Source: Felis catus (taxonomy: Eukaryota). Taken from it: a stretch of 64,000 nt of DNA. Positions 12,277 to 24,109 of this stretch are shown one piece after another. Position numbers and translations under genes: made by a program. How positions within the stretch are numbered: the first letter of the stretch is position 1; every line of letters starts with the position of its first letter. Below the pieces are notes generated by a model. It made no database searches, had not been told where the DNA came from, and was given only the letters and a program-made list of their open reading frames with translations. The DNA is taken from assembly GCF_018350175.1 (NCBI RefSeq), contig NC_058382.1:53818001-53882000 (forward strand). The letters are read 5' to 3'.

Positions 12277-12428
12277 CTCAAAAACAAACATTAAAGCACA
12301 TTAAAAAAAAAAAAAGAATGTGAAGAAAAGGGAACCCTTGTGCACTGTCGGTGGGATTATAAATTAGTGCAGCCACCATGAAAAATAGTATGGAGAATCC
12401 TCAAAAAATTTAAAATAGATGACGATAC
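9095..12428 (+). mobile_element. Old L1 (L1M-type) relic: ORF1 C-terminus, inter-ORF spacer, and degenerate ORF2 lacking the RT core
   Basis: ORF1 end 'cagacaaacagaagctaaggagttcatcgccaccagac...ttacaagaaatgctaaagg'; endonuclease region 'tacacattcttcacaagcatgctcagaacattc...tctgaccacaat'; C-terminal 'ctacattacaaagctatag...ggtcaactgatatttaacaaggg'. Many stops and frameshifts; no 3'UTR present. Confidence 0.92.
12068..12313 (+). mobile_element. Can-SINE with expanded (CT)n, inserted in L1
   Basis: 17-bp TSD aagaatgtgaagaaaag at 12050-12066 and 12314-12330. Confidence 0.97.
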
Positions 12429-12462
12429 GGGCGCCTGGGTGGCTCAGTCGGTTAAGCGTCTG
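12429..12462 (+). mobile_element. Can-SINE 5' stub (34 bp, A-box region only)
   Basis: gggcgcctgggtggctcagtcggttaagcgtctg matches the head of the other SINE copies in this window, then switches abruptly to unrelated sequence. Confidence 0.9.
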
Positions 12463-12759
12463 TGCCTGATATTCACAAGTCCTGTGGGTAGAGGCACGGA
12501 GCACCCTGGAGCATGCTGGGAATGGAGCAACTTGGCTGTCAGTTTGGAATCCGCTGAAATGAGCAAACATGGAGGCGGAGGAGCAAGGGAAGGAAGACAC
12601 GCACGGAGCACCAGCCACCTGTCCGAGCCCTCCAGTAGCACATTCTACTGTGGACGGCACTTGTGTAGTTTCCAGATGTGGGCTGTTACAAAAAGTGCAC
12701 CTATGAACACTGCACTCGGTGTCGGTTGGGTATGTGTTCTGTAAATTTGTTTTACACAA

Positions 12760-12977
12760 GGGGCGCCTGGGTGGCTCAGTCGGTTAAGTGTCCGACTTCA
12801 GCCAGGTCACGATCTCGCGGTCTGTGAGTTCGAGCCCCGCGTCAGGCTCTGGGCTGATGGCTCAGAGCCTGGAGCCTGCTTCTGATTCTGTGTCTCCCTC
12901 TCTCTCTGCCCCTCCCCCATTCATGCTCTGTCTCTCTCTGTCTCAAAAATAAATAAACCTTTAAAAAAAATTTTTTT
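12760..12977 (+). mobile_element. Can-SINE, variant with 'gacttcagccaggtcacg' and 'ctgggctgatggctc'
   Basis: Canonical structure; TSD aatttgttttacac at 12744-12757 and 12978-12991. Confidence 0.96.
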
Positions 12978-13796
12978 AATTTGTTTTACACCAGAACGTT
13001 TGCGTGTCTGTGTCAGATTTGCCCATTTATTAAGAGAACAGACGGGCTGTGTTTCATCTGGCTGCATACATCCTTAAACAGAACTCTTGAAGCTACAAGT
13101 AGTCAATCCCGGACCCAAATCTCAAGGAGGGCGAATCAGAGGAAGTTCAGAGGGGCACAGCATTACAAATTAACAAGGGGGTGGGCAAGATCTGGGGAAA
13201 ATTTACCTCTGACCCGGGCCAGAAAATCCAGCTCATTATTACTTTATTGTGCTTTGATTAACACTTAATATCATTCTGAATCACTCCCGTTAAGTTATTC
13301 TTCTGTGTTTCCCCTACATAATGCCTTAAATAGAAATAAATTGCAACATTAGTTAACAGCATTACATCATGTGAATTTTAAACACCACAACTTGGGGGGA
13401 AATAAAGCTTTATTGGGAGTGGAGTTATAAATCTGCATTAGACAAAGCTGCAGATATTTTTGGAAAGAGTTGGCTATTTGAGCTACTAAAAGCAAATTGG
13501 TTTCTTTGAATTCCCCTAATGCTGTTGTGGCTTTCTCTGATGCTACTGCCAATATTTCAGGGCCCTGTCTTATGACATAAGGCAAGGGTACTGTTGAACT
13601 TGGCTCCTGAAGTTGGGAGGTGGGGAGGTGGTGGGAACAAGGGGTGGTTTGGGAGCTTGATTAAGTTGAATTTAAAGTCAACCACAACATTCAAAAAAAA
13701 AAAAAGAGATTCTCGATGAAAGGCAATCTGAGATGAATGTGGAGAAACCAGCCCTATGTATTTTGTTACATCCATTCTTTAAAAGTTTTAGTTTTA

Positions 13797-14007
13797 GGGG
13801 CGCCTGGGTGGCTCAGTCGGTTGAGCATCTGACTTCCGCGCAGGTCATGATCTCAGGGTTCGAGGGTTCGAGCCCCACGTCGGGCTCTGTGCTGGCGGCT
13901 CAGAGCCTGGAACCTCCTTTGCATTCTATGACTCCCTCTCTCTCTGCTCCTCCCCTGCTCACACACTGTCTCTCTCTCAAAAATAAAGATTAAAAAAAAA
14001 TTTTTTA
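13797..14007 (+). mobile_element. Can-SINE, full length
   Basis: Canonical head and tail, flanked by aagttttag on both sides. Confidence 0.95.
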
Positions 14008-14104
14008 AGTTTTAGAATCTAGATCATTGAATATTCTCAGTGGAAGGACAGCATGACTTTTATTCATTTACCACTAAGTAGTTTGCTAAAATACCAAGAG
14101 CATC

Positions 14105-14390
14105 AACTTTAGAGTCAAACCTTGATTAAACCTTGATTTCTAATTTGTGACCTTGGGTAAAATTTCTTGACTTTTCTGAGCAGGATGACCATGTGCAGTT
14201 GTACAGGTTGCTAATAGCAAAAAGTTTCCCAGCGGAGGGGGCAAGTGAAGACTGAAATCCTACCTATGCCCCATTAGCCAACTCATGGAGCTATGTCTTC
14301 CAGGGGTCTCATTTGCACAAAGTCACTATATAAGCTTGTGGTGGCCCTGACTCTAAGCCTCAGTTTCCCCACCTCTAAAATAGAATACTG
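14105..14390. mobile_element. MIR fragment split by a MER91-like insertion
   Basis: 'tgtgaccttgggtaaaatttcttgacttttctgag' resumes as 'ctctaagcctcagtttccccacctctaaaatag' after about 170 bp that begin 'caggatgaccatgtgcagttgtacaggttg' and end 'gtggccctg'. Confidence 0.55.
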
Positions 14391-14413
14391 AACTTCACAG
14401 AATTACCGTGGGA

Positions 14414-14642
14414 ATTTTTTTAAATGTTTTCTTTAATTTTTTTTTTTTTTTTTTTTTTTTGAGAGAGAGGCAGAGCATGAGCAGGGGAGGGGCAGAGAGA
14501 GAGGATGACACAGAATCCGAAGCAGGCTCCAGGCTCTGAGCCGTCAGCACAGGGCTTGATGTGGGGCTCGAACTCACAAACCACGAGATCGTGACCTGGG
14601 CCGAAGTCAGACACTCAACCGACGGAGCCGCCCAAGCACCCC
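14414..14642 (-). mobile_element. Can-SINE, full length, reverse strand
   Basis: Long T tract, GA tract and 'ggggctcgaactc...gagccgcccaagcacccc'. Confidence 0.96.
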
Positions 14643-17615
14643 TACACACCCCTGGGAAATTTTTAAATACCACACAAGTAAAGGGTGCAGCACACTGCCT
14701 GACACACTACACACATTTTTCCTTTTGGCCACGCTTTTTGCCTTCCCCGTGCGAGTGCCTGTTGTATGCAGTTCTTGTCCTGGGTGCCAGGAAATAGAGT
14801 GGAAAACAAGGAAACCATCTCCTTTGTGGGGTGGAGGGGGGGGAGCGTTAAATATGTAAGAAGCTTCTCTCTTTACAGATCCATTCATAAAGGTGGCCTC
14901 TCTTTGGGTTGCTGTTTTGTTATAAAATCAATATCGCGGCTATCACAGGAATTTGAAGAACGAGAAAAATACCACTTAGCGCACAGCCCGTTGTTATCGT
15001 ATCTGTGGATGCGATGATTGCTGTCCTATGACAATGCTTAACAAAGAAAATTCATGCAGATCAGGACACAAATGGCCTTGTGATCCAAACGAGAAAGACA
15101 ATGCTTACAAATAAGAACTGAGTCTGACTCTCAGGCTGGTTTAGGTCGATTTCTAGTCACTGGATTGGTCCTAAATATTCAGTCTGATCCCATTACAGTC
15201 ACTGAACCATTACAGCCACCGATGATAAAATAACCATTTTAGCTCAACTGTTCAAGCTAGTCATCTATTTTTTGCCACTTGACAACTGGACTAACTAATG
15301 TGATTAAAATATGGTTGAGCTGGTGCCACCATGGAGACACCACCTATGACCGAGCAAAGAGCACAAGCAACCCAGAATGTGGATGTGCAAGACAGGACAA
15401 AAGTGGACTGTGCCTGAGGCTTGAGTCTAGGCCCAGGCTTTGCTTCATGCGAACACAGGAGGCAACTGACTGGGGGAGGGGGTGGTGCAATCTGCTAACC
15501 AATAATGGAGTCCCCAAGGGTGTGCCAAACAGGTGCCACGACTGACTCAGTCTGGAGCGACTCTATACTAAAACAAGAGGTGTGGCCAGAACCTGGAAAA
15601 CGGAGCTCAGATTTAAAACCGGAAATAAGAGAACTCTGAACGTTTAGCCGGAGATACTAGGTGGAAGATGGCAGGAAGAATATCAAGACACAGAGACCAA
15701 GCGAAAGCACGGGGGACCAGCACATCAAAAGGGAGTGATTTGTTTCTGTTGTAATTTTTGCATCTGTTGAGTGTCTGTTCACAACATCTGCCCTAAGATT
15801 GATTTTGTGATCGTCCATGATTGATGGGAGAGAGTTTAGATGGGAAGGTTTAAAAGGAAGGAAATAAGCCATTTAAAATGAATAACATAACATAACACTG
15901 ACAGAATTGAGGTGCGAGTGAGTGCAGTAGATGGGAACAGAAACTAATTTATAAATACGCTCAACGAACATAGACACGTGTTTGCGTGCCTCGCAGCGTC
16001 GTAACAGCAGGGTCATCGCCTACATTGCACCAGTGTTTTCCACATATTTAAGTGCGTGGGATTGAAATGCTTCAAACTTGTTTCATTTCATTTATTTTAT
16101 AATTAAAGAGTTGAGCTTCTGAGATGAAATTCCAAACATGAGAAACCACTGCTCCTTTACGAGAACATATGTGAACTGGTAAGAGAGGTTACCCCCAGAG
16201 GGAGGAAGAGTAAGGTGGCAGTTTTAGTCAAGGTGCCAAAGGAACTTTCTCTGCATCTTTATTATTATCATTTTGGCAACGAGAATTTCTTTAGGAAATA
16301 CATTTGTAATTAAAAATAAACATTTTTAAAAAAACAATTGCTGTGTTTATCTCTAAAATTCTTTGAGCTTAACATACTGTAAAATTGGCTTGTGTGTGTG
16401 TGTGCAATTCTATAAATTTTAATGTACGCATAGATTCCTGTAACTACTACCACAATCAAGATACAGAACAGGTCCATCACCCCCCCAAAATGCTCCTCAT
16501 GCTCTCACTTTGTAGCCGCCCCTCCCCCATCCCTAACACCTGTCAACCATTGATCTGTTCTCTGTCACTATGGTTTTGTCTTTTTGAGAATGTCGTATGA
16601 ATGAAGTATAACATAACCTCTTGAGACTGGCTTTTTTTTTTTTTACTTAGCATGGGGCCTTCGAGACTCGTCTAAGTTATTGGGTGTATTAACAGCTATT
16701 CCTTTTCGTTGCTGAAAATACCATAGCAGGTGGATGCCCCACATTGAGTTTACCCATTCATCCCCTGAAAACCAATCAGCTTGTTTCCCTTTTTTTCCAG
16801 TTCCGAGTTCATAAATACTCACGAGCAGGTTTCTGTAGGAACATAAGTTTCATTTCTCCAGAGTAATGGAAGGATCCTAGTCCTCTAGAATCAGAGCAGG
16901 ATCGCTGTAATATGACAAGTCTGTACTAACTTTACGAAAAACAACCGTAAGACTACTTGTCTCCCAGATTGTACAGCTACTCCCTCCAGCAATGTGGCAA
17001 CATTCCAGTTGCTCCACATCCTCACCAGCACTTGGTAGTGTCGGTATTTTTTTTGTCACTCTAACAAGCGTGTAGCAGTAACTCAATTTGCATTTAATTA
17101 GTTGTTAATAATGGAGCATCTTTTCATGTGCTAATTTACTTTCTCTTTGGTGAGATACCTGTTCAAGTCTTCTGTTGTTTTAAAAAAAATTAGGTTATTT
17201 GCTTTCTTACTACTGAGTTTTAGAGTTCCTTATAAACCATGGATGGAATTCTTCTGTTGAATATGTAGTTTGCAGAGACTCTTCCCTAGATTGTACCTTA
17301 TCTTTTCCTTTTTTAATAGTATCTTCCACGGAGCAAACATTTTTAATTTTGATTAACTAATAATAATAATAAAATAGTTATTATTATTTTAGTGAACTAT
17401 GCTTCTGGAATGTCAAAGAACTCTTTCCTCATCCCAGGTAACAAATATTTTCTCCTGTGTTTTCTTCTAAAGTATAATCATTTTACATTTTACTTTTACA
17501 TCTACTACATAATTTGATTTTTTTTCTAGGATGCTAAGTTTAGGTTGAGGTTCTTTTATATACATATGTAAAAGTCCACAATTTTCCAACACGACTTGTT
17601 ATAAAGAATATCCTT

Positions 17616-18031
17616 GGGGCACCTGGGTGGCTCAATCGGTTAAGTGTCCGACTTCGGCTCAGGTCATGATCTCGTGGTTCACGAGTTCGAGCCCCATGTC
17701 GGGCTCTGTGCTGACAGCTCAGAGCCTGGAGCCTGCTTCGGATTCTGTGTCTCCCTCTCTCTCTGACCCTCCCCCCATTCATGCTCTGTCTCTGTCTCAA
17801 AAATAAATAAACAATGGGGCGCCTGGGTGGCGCAGTCGGTTGAGCGTCCGACTTCAGCCAGGTCACGATCTCGCGGTCGGTGAGTTCGAGCCCCGCGTCA
17901 GGCTCTGGGCTGATGGCTCGGAGCCTGGAGCCTGTTTCCGATTCTGTGTCTCCCTCTCTCTCTGCCCCTCCCCCATTCATGCTCTCTCTCTCTCTGTCCC
18001 AAAAATAAAATAAAAAGTTGAAAAAAAAAAT

Positions 18032-18072
<41 letters not shown>

Positions 18073-18087
18073 ACATTAAAAAAAAAA
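17616..18087 (+). mobile_element. Outer Can-SINE carrying a second SINE in its tail
   Basis: 13-bp TSD aaagaatatcctt at 17603-17615 and 18088-18100 encloses both copies. Confidence 0.95.
17816..18035 (+). mobile_element. Inner Can-SINE (CpG-intact, young variant)
   Basis: Begins inside the AATAAATAAACA tail of the outer SINE and is followed by (TAAA)n and 'aaacatt'. Confidence 0.95.
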
Positions 18088-19257
18088 AAAGAATATCCTT
18101 GCTCCATTGAATTCTTTTTTCCTCTTTTAAAATTCAAATCGCCATGTTGGTGTAGGTCTATTTACAAAACCTCCACTTGGTTCCATTGGGTTTGAATTTC
18201 TCTCTGTCAACTAACACCATCTGCTTTGATAAATGCAGAGTTGCACTTAAGTCTTAACTATTGGGTAGAGTGCTTCTCCACCATCATTTTCCTTCGATAA
18301 AATCATTTTGTTACTCTAGTTCTTTTGCCTTTCCATTTTTTAGATTTTAAAGTAAATTTTTAGGATAAATTATTCTAGATGTATAAAAAGAATCCTGCTG
18401 GGATGTTGATGGGGAGGGCATTAACTCTATAGATCAATTTGAGAAGCAGGGACATGTTACCATGCTGAATCTTCCAATCTGTGATCATGCATATCTCTCC
18501 ATTTATTTAGGTCTTCTTTTATTTCTTACATAAGCTTTCGTAGCTTTCAGCATATACATCCTGGACATGACTTTTAGATGTGTGTCCGACGATTTCATCT
18601 GTTGTAGAAGGTATTTTTGCCTGTTTTTTTTATGTTTTGGCTTGAAGTCTTCATTGCTAATATGCACAAATACAATTGATTTTTATATGTGAACTCTGTA
18701 TCCTGGATTTTCCCAAACTAAGTCAGTAGAACTACGGGTTTATATTGTCGTTTCTGTTGCTTGTAGGTTCATGAGGATTTTCTAACAACTCAATCCTATC
18801 ATCTGTGAATTAGGACACTTTTATTTCTTCCTTTTTAATCTCTATAAATTTTATTTCCTTTGCTTGCCTTATTATCTTTGCTAGAACTTCCACAAAAAAA
18901 AGTTAAATAAGAGTGCTAAGAGTATATCTCGTTTGCTTATTCCAAATCTCAGGGAGAGAGCATTCATTCTGCTTTTCATCATTAAGCGTGACGCTATTAG
19001 ACAGCATGAAAACTTCACCAGACGATGGTCATATTTTTTGCTTTCAACCATTAAGCACATTTTAAAAACTTAAAGTGAAAACAATTCACCATTTTATTTA
19101 TCCATATAGTTACTACTTTAATTTCCCTTCCTGTGTTTCTTCGATGTTCCATGTTTCAGGCCGGTGTCACTTCCTCTAACTACAGCACTTCCGTTTTAGA
19201 CCAGGTGAGCAGGTCCAATGGCAACAAGTTCTAGTTTTCTTTCATCTTAGAATGTTC

Positions 19258-19356
19258 AAGTGACCAGCTGTCTTGCCTTTCCTGGCTTTAGCACTAGAAG
19301 TCCTGCATCCTGAGAAGCCCCTCAATCCTGGACAAACAGGGATATTTTGTTCCCCG
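19258..19356. mobile_element. MER81-like hAT MITE
   Basis: 'gtgaccagctgtc...tttcctggctttagcactagaagtcctgcatcctgagaagcccctcaatcctggacaaacaggga' is collinear with the recalled MER81 consensus. Confidence 0.7.
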
Positions 19357-22300
19357 AATATCTAAATCTTACCTTTATTCTGGGAGGATATCACTGGTTG
19401 TAGAATTCGGGGATGATACTTCATTTCTTTCAAAGCTTAAAAAGTGTTTTTCCCCCTCCTCCGGCCTCCCTGATTTCTGGGAGGAAAACCACATCATTCA
19501 GATTGTTACTTACCTACAAATAACGTGCTGCTTTCAAGATTGTGTTACCTTTAGATTGAAATCGTTTGATCATAATGCATCTGAGAGTCTTCCATTTGGT
19601 TTATTCTATTTGAAATGCACTGAGATTCACAAATTGCCGATTTACGTCTTTTCCCAAATTTGGGAAATTTTCAGCCATTACTGCTGCAAGTATTTTGCTC
19701 TGCAACACACTACTTCTCCTCCCCTCTCAGATTCCTATAAACAAGCGTTTAAGCTTTTGGTGGTGTCCTTACAGGTCCCTGGGGCTCTTCTCAATTCCTT
19801 TCCTTTTGTTTCTATCCGTTGTTCAGATTGGACATTTTCTACTGGTCTGTCTTCAAGGTTCATCTAGTGACTCTTCCCCTGTTTAAACTCTATTCTGTCA
19901 TGAAGGACATTCAGGGAGGGGCCGTGTGGTTTGTTTTGTTATCGTTCTTATATTTCTAAGGTTTCCACTTTTTATTGATCTTCTCCTTACTCGGTGAAAT
20001 GTTCTACTATTCCATTCTTATCAAAAGTATAAACTTTTACCTGGATCATTCGAAGAAGAGCTGTTTTAAAGACTTCATCAGGTAAGTCCAGTATCTGTGT
20101 CACTTTGGCATTGATATTTCTTTATTGATTATCTTTTGCCACACAAATTGATACCCTTCTGGTGCTTTGTATGCCAGGTGATGTTGAATTGTGTCCTGAA
20201 TATGTTGAGTATGAGGTTACAAGACAATGGATCTCGTTTAAATCTTACAGGGAATGTTCACATTTTTGTTTTACCAGGCAATCAACCCCATTGGGTCAAG
20301 GGTGCAAATTCTCCCCAGCCCTTTGTGGGCTGTGGTTTCAGTTTAAGTCTCATTTTCAAAACCCTTGCAGTTCTCTTTGGATTTCTCCGGCATGAGTTTC
20401 ACCCTGCAGGCTGTCTGGGACCCGGCTGGTGGCATACCAGTTCAGTTCTCAAAGGCTTTGGTATGCTCCTTGGGATCAGAAACACGCATGCTCAGTGTGG
20501 GACGAGCCCAGTTCGTACACAACTTAGTGGACTTCCTTTAGAGGGCCAACGTCCTCTCTCTACGTAACCTCCCCAATACTTTCCACTTCCCTGAAGTTCC
20601 TTTTTCTGGTTCCCCCCACTAGAAAGCTGGGCTCTTAGTTCCCCTGGTCAGCTGCAGCTTCCCCACATCTGCACCTGCATCCAGTGGGAAGAGAGGAGAG
20701 GAAAAAAGTGATAGGGATACATCACTCCCTCTTGGGATCAGTGACAGAGAAGGGTTCATCTTCCCCAGAGATTTAGTGGCTGGAAGGCCCCCCAATTTCA
20801 TCACTGACACTGAACTGTCACCACTGTGCAATGATCACCCGGGCACTGGGGCTCGAGAGAGTAAGCCATTTTTCAAAGGAAAGAATTTCCCCGCTCTCTC
20901 TGAGCTTTGGGAGTCCACTTTCCTGCTCTTTTCGAGTTCTCTCTGTATTGATGCACACTGGTGTGTTCTCAGCTGACTTGAGTCTAGGCTGCAGGGTAGA
21001 GGAAGGCAAAGAAGCGGTAAACTCACCACGGGTCCCGTGGTGGCACTTTGAATTCTGGTCTTTGTCCCCAGTATGCCTGCTGCTGTGACACTGAGTCTTC
21101 AAATAGTTTCTCCGTGCATTCCGCTGAGCTTTTGCAGCTTCGTTCAGTTGGAGAGACAGAAAGCAGTATGTATATATCATTTTACCTGGGACTGAAACCT
21201 AGTGCCCTTATGTTTTCAGGTTTATCCTTGGAGAAACATATTGCCACGAACAGAACTTGGGTACTGAAGTCAGATTTGAGACACGCTTTTCTCTGATGTT
21301 TACCATTAGATGTGTAAACCCACATGTGTCGTTTGTGTGGCCTTCCATAAGCCTCGCTGCCCCTCCTTGTTAAGCCGGGAGACGAATGCGTGTCACTGAG
21401 GGTGTTGTCTAGTTCAGAGAGGCAATGTGCGAAGTGCCTCACACAGAGAAGGTGCTTAATTACTATTCATTTATTATCTCCCCTTCCCTGTCTGCCTCCC
21501 TGATCCTGCTCTCCCAGAGCAATGATGCGGGTGGCATCTGGAGTGTGAAAAGCCATGTTCAAACTGATTCTGCGACATCCCGTGACTGGGAAGCGGTAGG
21601 AAGAGGAAGGAAAAGGATAGTGACTACGTAAGACTAAGGCGACTGTGAGAACCTATGGTTATATACAAACAGGGTACACAGGGTTCTAAAATCAGCATAA
21701 AAACATCAAAGGAGAAAAGCTGGATGGTTCTGTTCTGTTACTGTATCATTAGGAAGATTCCTATTAACATGCTACCACAGCTATCGACATTTCATTATGA
21801 ATGCCGAAGATATGACAGCAAGAAATTACAATATACATATTTAAAAGCCCAGCTTTATATTTTCAGCACTGGAGATAAAGTAGAATATAGTAAGAACCGA
21901 TCGATCATTTAGTTGCTTAAAAAAAGGCAACCGTTGCTTTTGGGGGGGGGGGGTTGGCACATTTATTGTTTATTATTAAATAATAAGTGAAAATTCTATG
22001 AAAATACTAAGTTAGACTATCCAAGTCCTAAAATTAGATGCTTCAGGATTAAGGTGGAGCTCTCCCCACTGACGAGGCCTCCTTTGCTAAAGACCGTTCG
22101 GGAAGCAACATGATGGACTCTTCTTTCTACTGTTGACGGCGACATCCAGCATCTTGCAAGAGGTCCTCACTTTGGGAACCAAACGAGGGATTTTCTCTCC
22201 GGCTTCAGCGACAGCAAGGGCTAGACATCTCCTGAGCGACCGTATATTTTCATTTCATAGCCTCTGTAAACCATGTGCCCTTTGGGGGTTGAATTCCAGA

Positions 22301-22789
22301 GCCCTGAGATCCAAATTGGTGGCCCGTCTCTATCCGGGAGAAGAGGACGCATGACAGGTACTTACAGACTCCGTGTGCCGACCTCTGTGCTGTGTGTGTG
22401 CGTGTGCGGGCACGCACGTTTGCTGTAAGCACACATCACTCACCCTTATTTGAGAAGGAGAGACTCTGGAAAGCACTCATCACCTGACCTCTGGTTTCAC
22501 CACTCTGCGATCACTGCTCCTCACAGTTGCCAAGATGTTTGTTCTCCAGAATCTGTCTGACGCTGTCATGTTTCTGCTTGGAAAGTCTTCATCATCCCCC
22601 TGCTGTTCGAGACACTGGGAGACCGTAGGGTGCAGCAGCTTGGAGTGTGGAGGCTGCCTGCGCCAAGCTTCGAGTTCCAGATCCACCGCTGTGCGCCTTG
22701 GGAAAGGGACCCAACCTCCCTGTGCCTGTTTCCTCGCCCTCGAGTAAGTAGGAGCCAGTACTGACAACCTTCTCGAATGTTCCTCCACG

Positions 22790-23070
22790 TGCCCTTGTAG
22801 CTACCATGCCAGCTCTCCATCCCAGCCTGGGTGTCCCTGTCTCCTCGCACACACTGAAGACATCTTCTCCTCTCCACCTTTGCTCAAGCTGTTTCTCCCA
22901 CCAGAAACCCCTCTTCCTGTCGGCTGAAAAAAAGTCCACACATTCTTCAGGTGTTACATCACTTCCAATGGTGTGAAATCCTTCCTTCCTCACCTTTCCT
23001 GTAGTATTTGGTCTCCACTATACTTCCACTAATGCATTTATCTGATTTACCTAATAGTTGGTTAGTACCT
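22790..23070. mobile_element. L2 3' fragment (degenerate)
   Basis: 'tcttcaggtgttacatcacttccaatggtgtgaaatccttccttcctcacc' shows the L2 3'-end pattern. Confidence 0.45.
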
Positions 23071-23294
23071 ACTCCACAGATAATGCATGGGGTAAACTTT
23101 TGTGGAGATATTAAAAAAGGAAACCAGAAAGTTCTCTTACTCCTAATAGAGCTTATAGTCAAGGAGGGAAAAGACACAAAAATGTTTAAGGTTTGGAGAT
23201 CACGAAGGAGCCTAAATGTCAGAATGAAACATTAAGTGTTACGGGAGCTCAGGATGGCTCTTTTCACTCTTCTTACACACCAGTTGACATTCTT

Positions 23295-23415
23295 TTTTTT
23301 TTTTTTTAATGTTTATTCAGTTTTGAGAGACAGAGAAAAAGTGTGAGCTGGGGAGGTGAGATCATGACCCGAGCCGAAGTCAGCCGCTCAACTGACTGAG
23401 CCACTCAGGTGCCCC
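23295..23415 (-). mobile_element. Internally deleted Can-SINE
   Basis: Head and tail both present but joined at 'ggggag|gtgagatc'; TSD ttgacattctt (23284-23294) / ttgacactctt (23416-23426). Confidence 0.92.
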
Positions 23416-23519
23416 TTGACACTCTTAATTTTCTTGTTACTTGTATGTTTCCTTTTTCCTTTGGAGAAGTCGAGAAGGATGACAATGAAAATGGTGCCTT
23501 GAGTAGCACTTTGTGCTTC

Positions 23520-23692
23520 AGAGCAGGTATTCTCAACCTTGAGTGCATATTAGAGACACTTGGGGAGCCTTTAAACATTCTGATCTGCACCCCAACCTAC
23601 TAAAAAAGAACTTCGTGAGGGGAACCCAGGCATCTGTATTTTTAAAGCTCCCCAAGAAATTGCAACATGCAACCAAGACGAGAACCACCGCT
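23520..23692. mobile_element. MER5A-type hAT-Charlie MITE
   Basis: 'ttctcaaccttgagtgcatattaga...cccaggcatctgtatttttaaagctcccca...gagaaccaccg' with inverted termini. Confidence 0.8.
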
Positions 23693-23845
23693 CCCCATGC
23701 ATTATAGCAACGTTTCCCCGATTATTCTAATGACAACTATCACTCGAATATTGTTTAAAAACAACAAACAACAATGACAATATAAAGCAAGGTCTTGGGC
23801 TCCAAAGCCACTGCATTAGAATTTCCAAGGAAGGGGAAGCTGCAT

Positions 23846-24109
<264 letters not shown>

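Larger units (their letters stand above)
16330..20960 (-). mobile_element. Ancient L1 (L1MC/MD/ME-type) on the minus strand, fragmented; 3'UTR near 16.4 kb, ORF2 pieces to about 19 kb, ORF1/5' region to about 20.9 kb
   Basis: Typical antisense L1 text: 'gctccacatcctcaccagcacttggt', 'gagcatcttttcatgtgc', 'ctatagatcaatttgagaag', 'tatctctccatttatttaggtcttc', 'atacaattgatttttatat', 'tttgggaaattttcagccatta'. May be more than one element. Confidence 0.85.
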
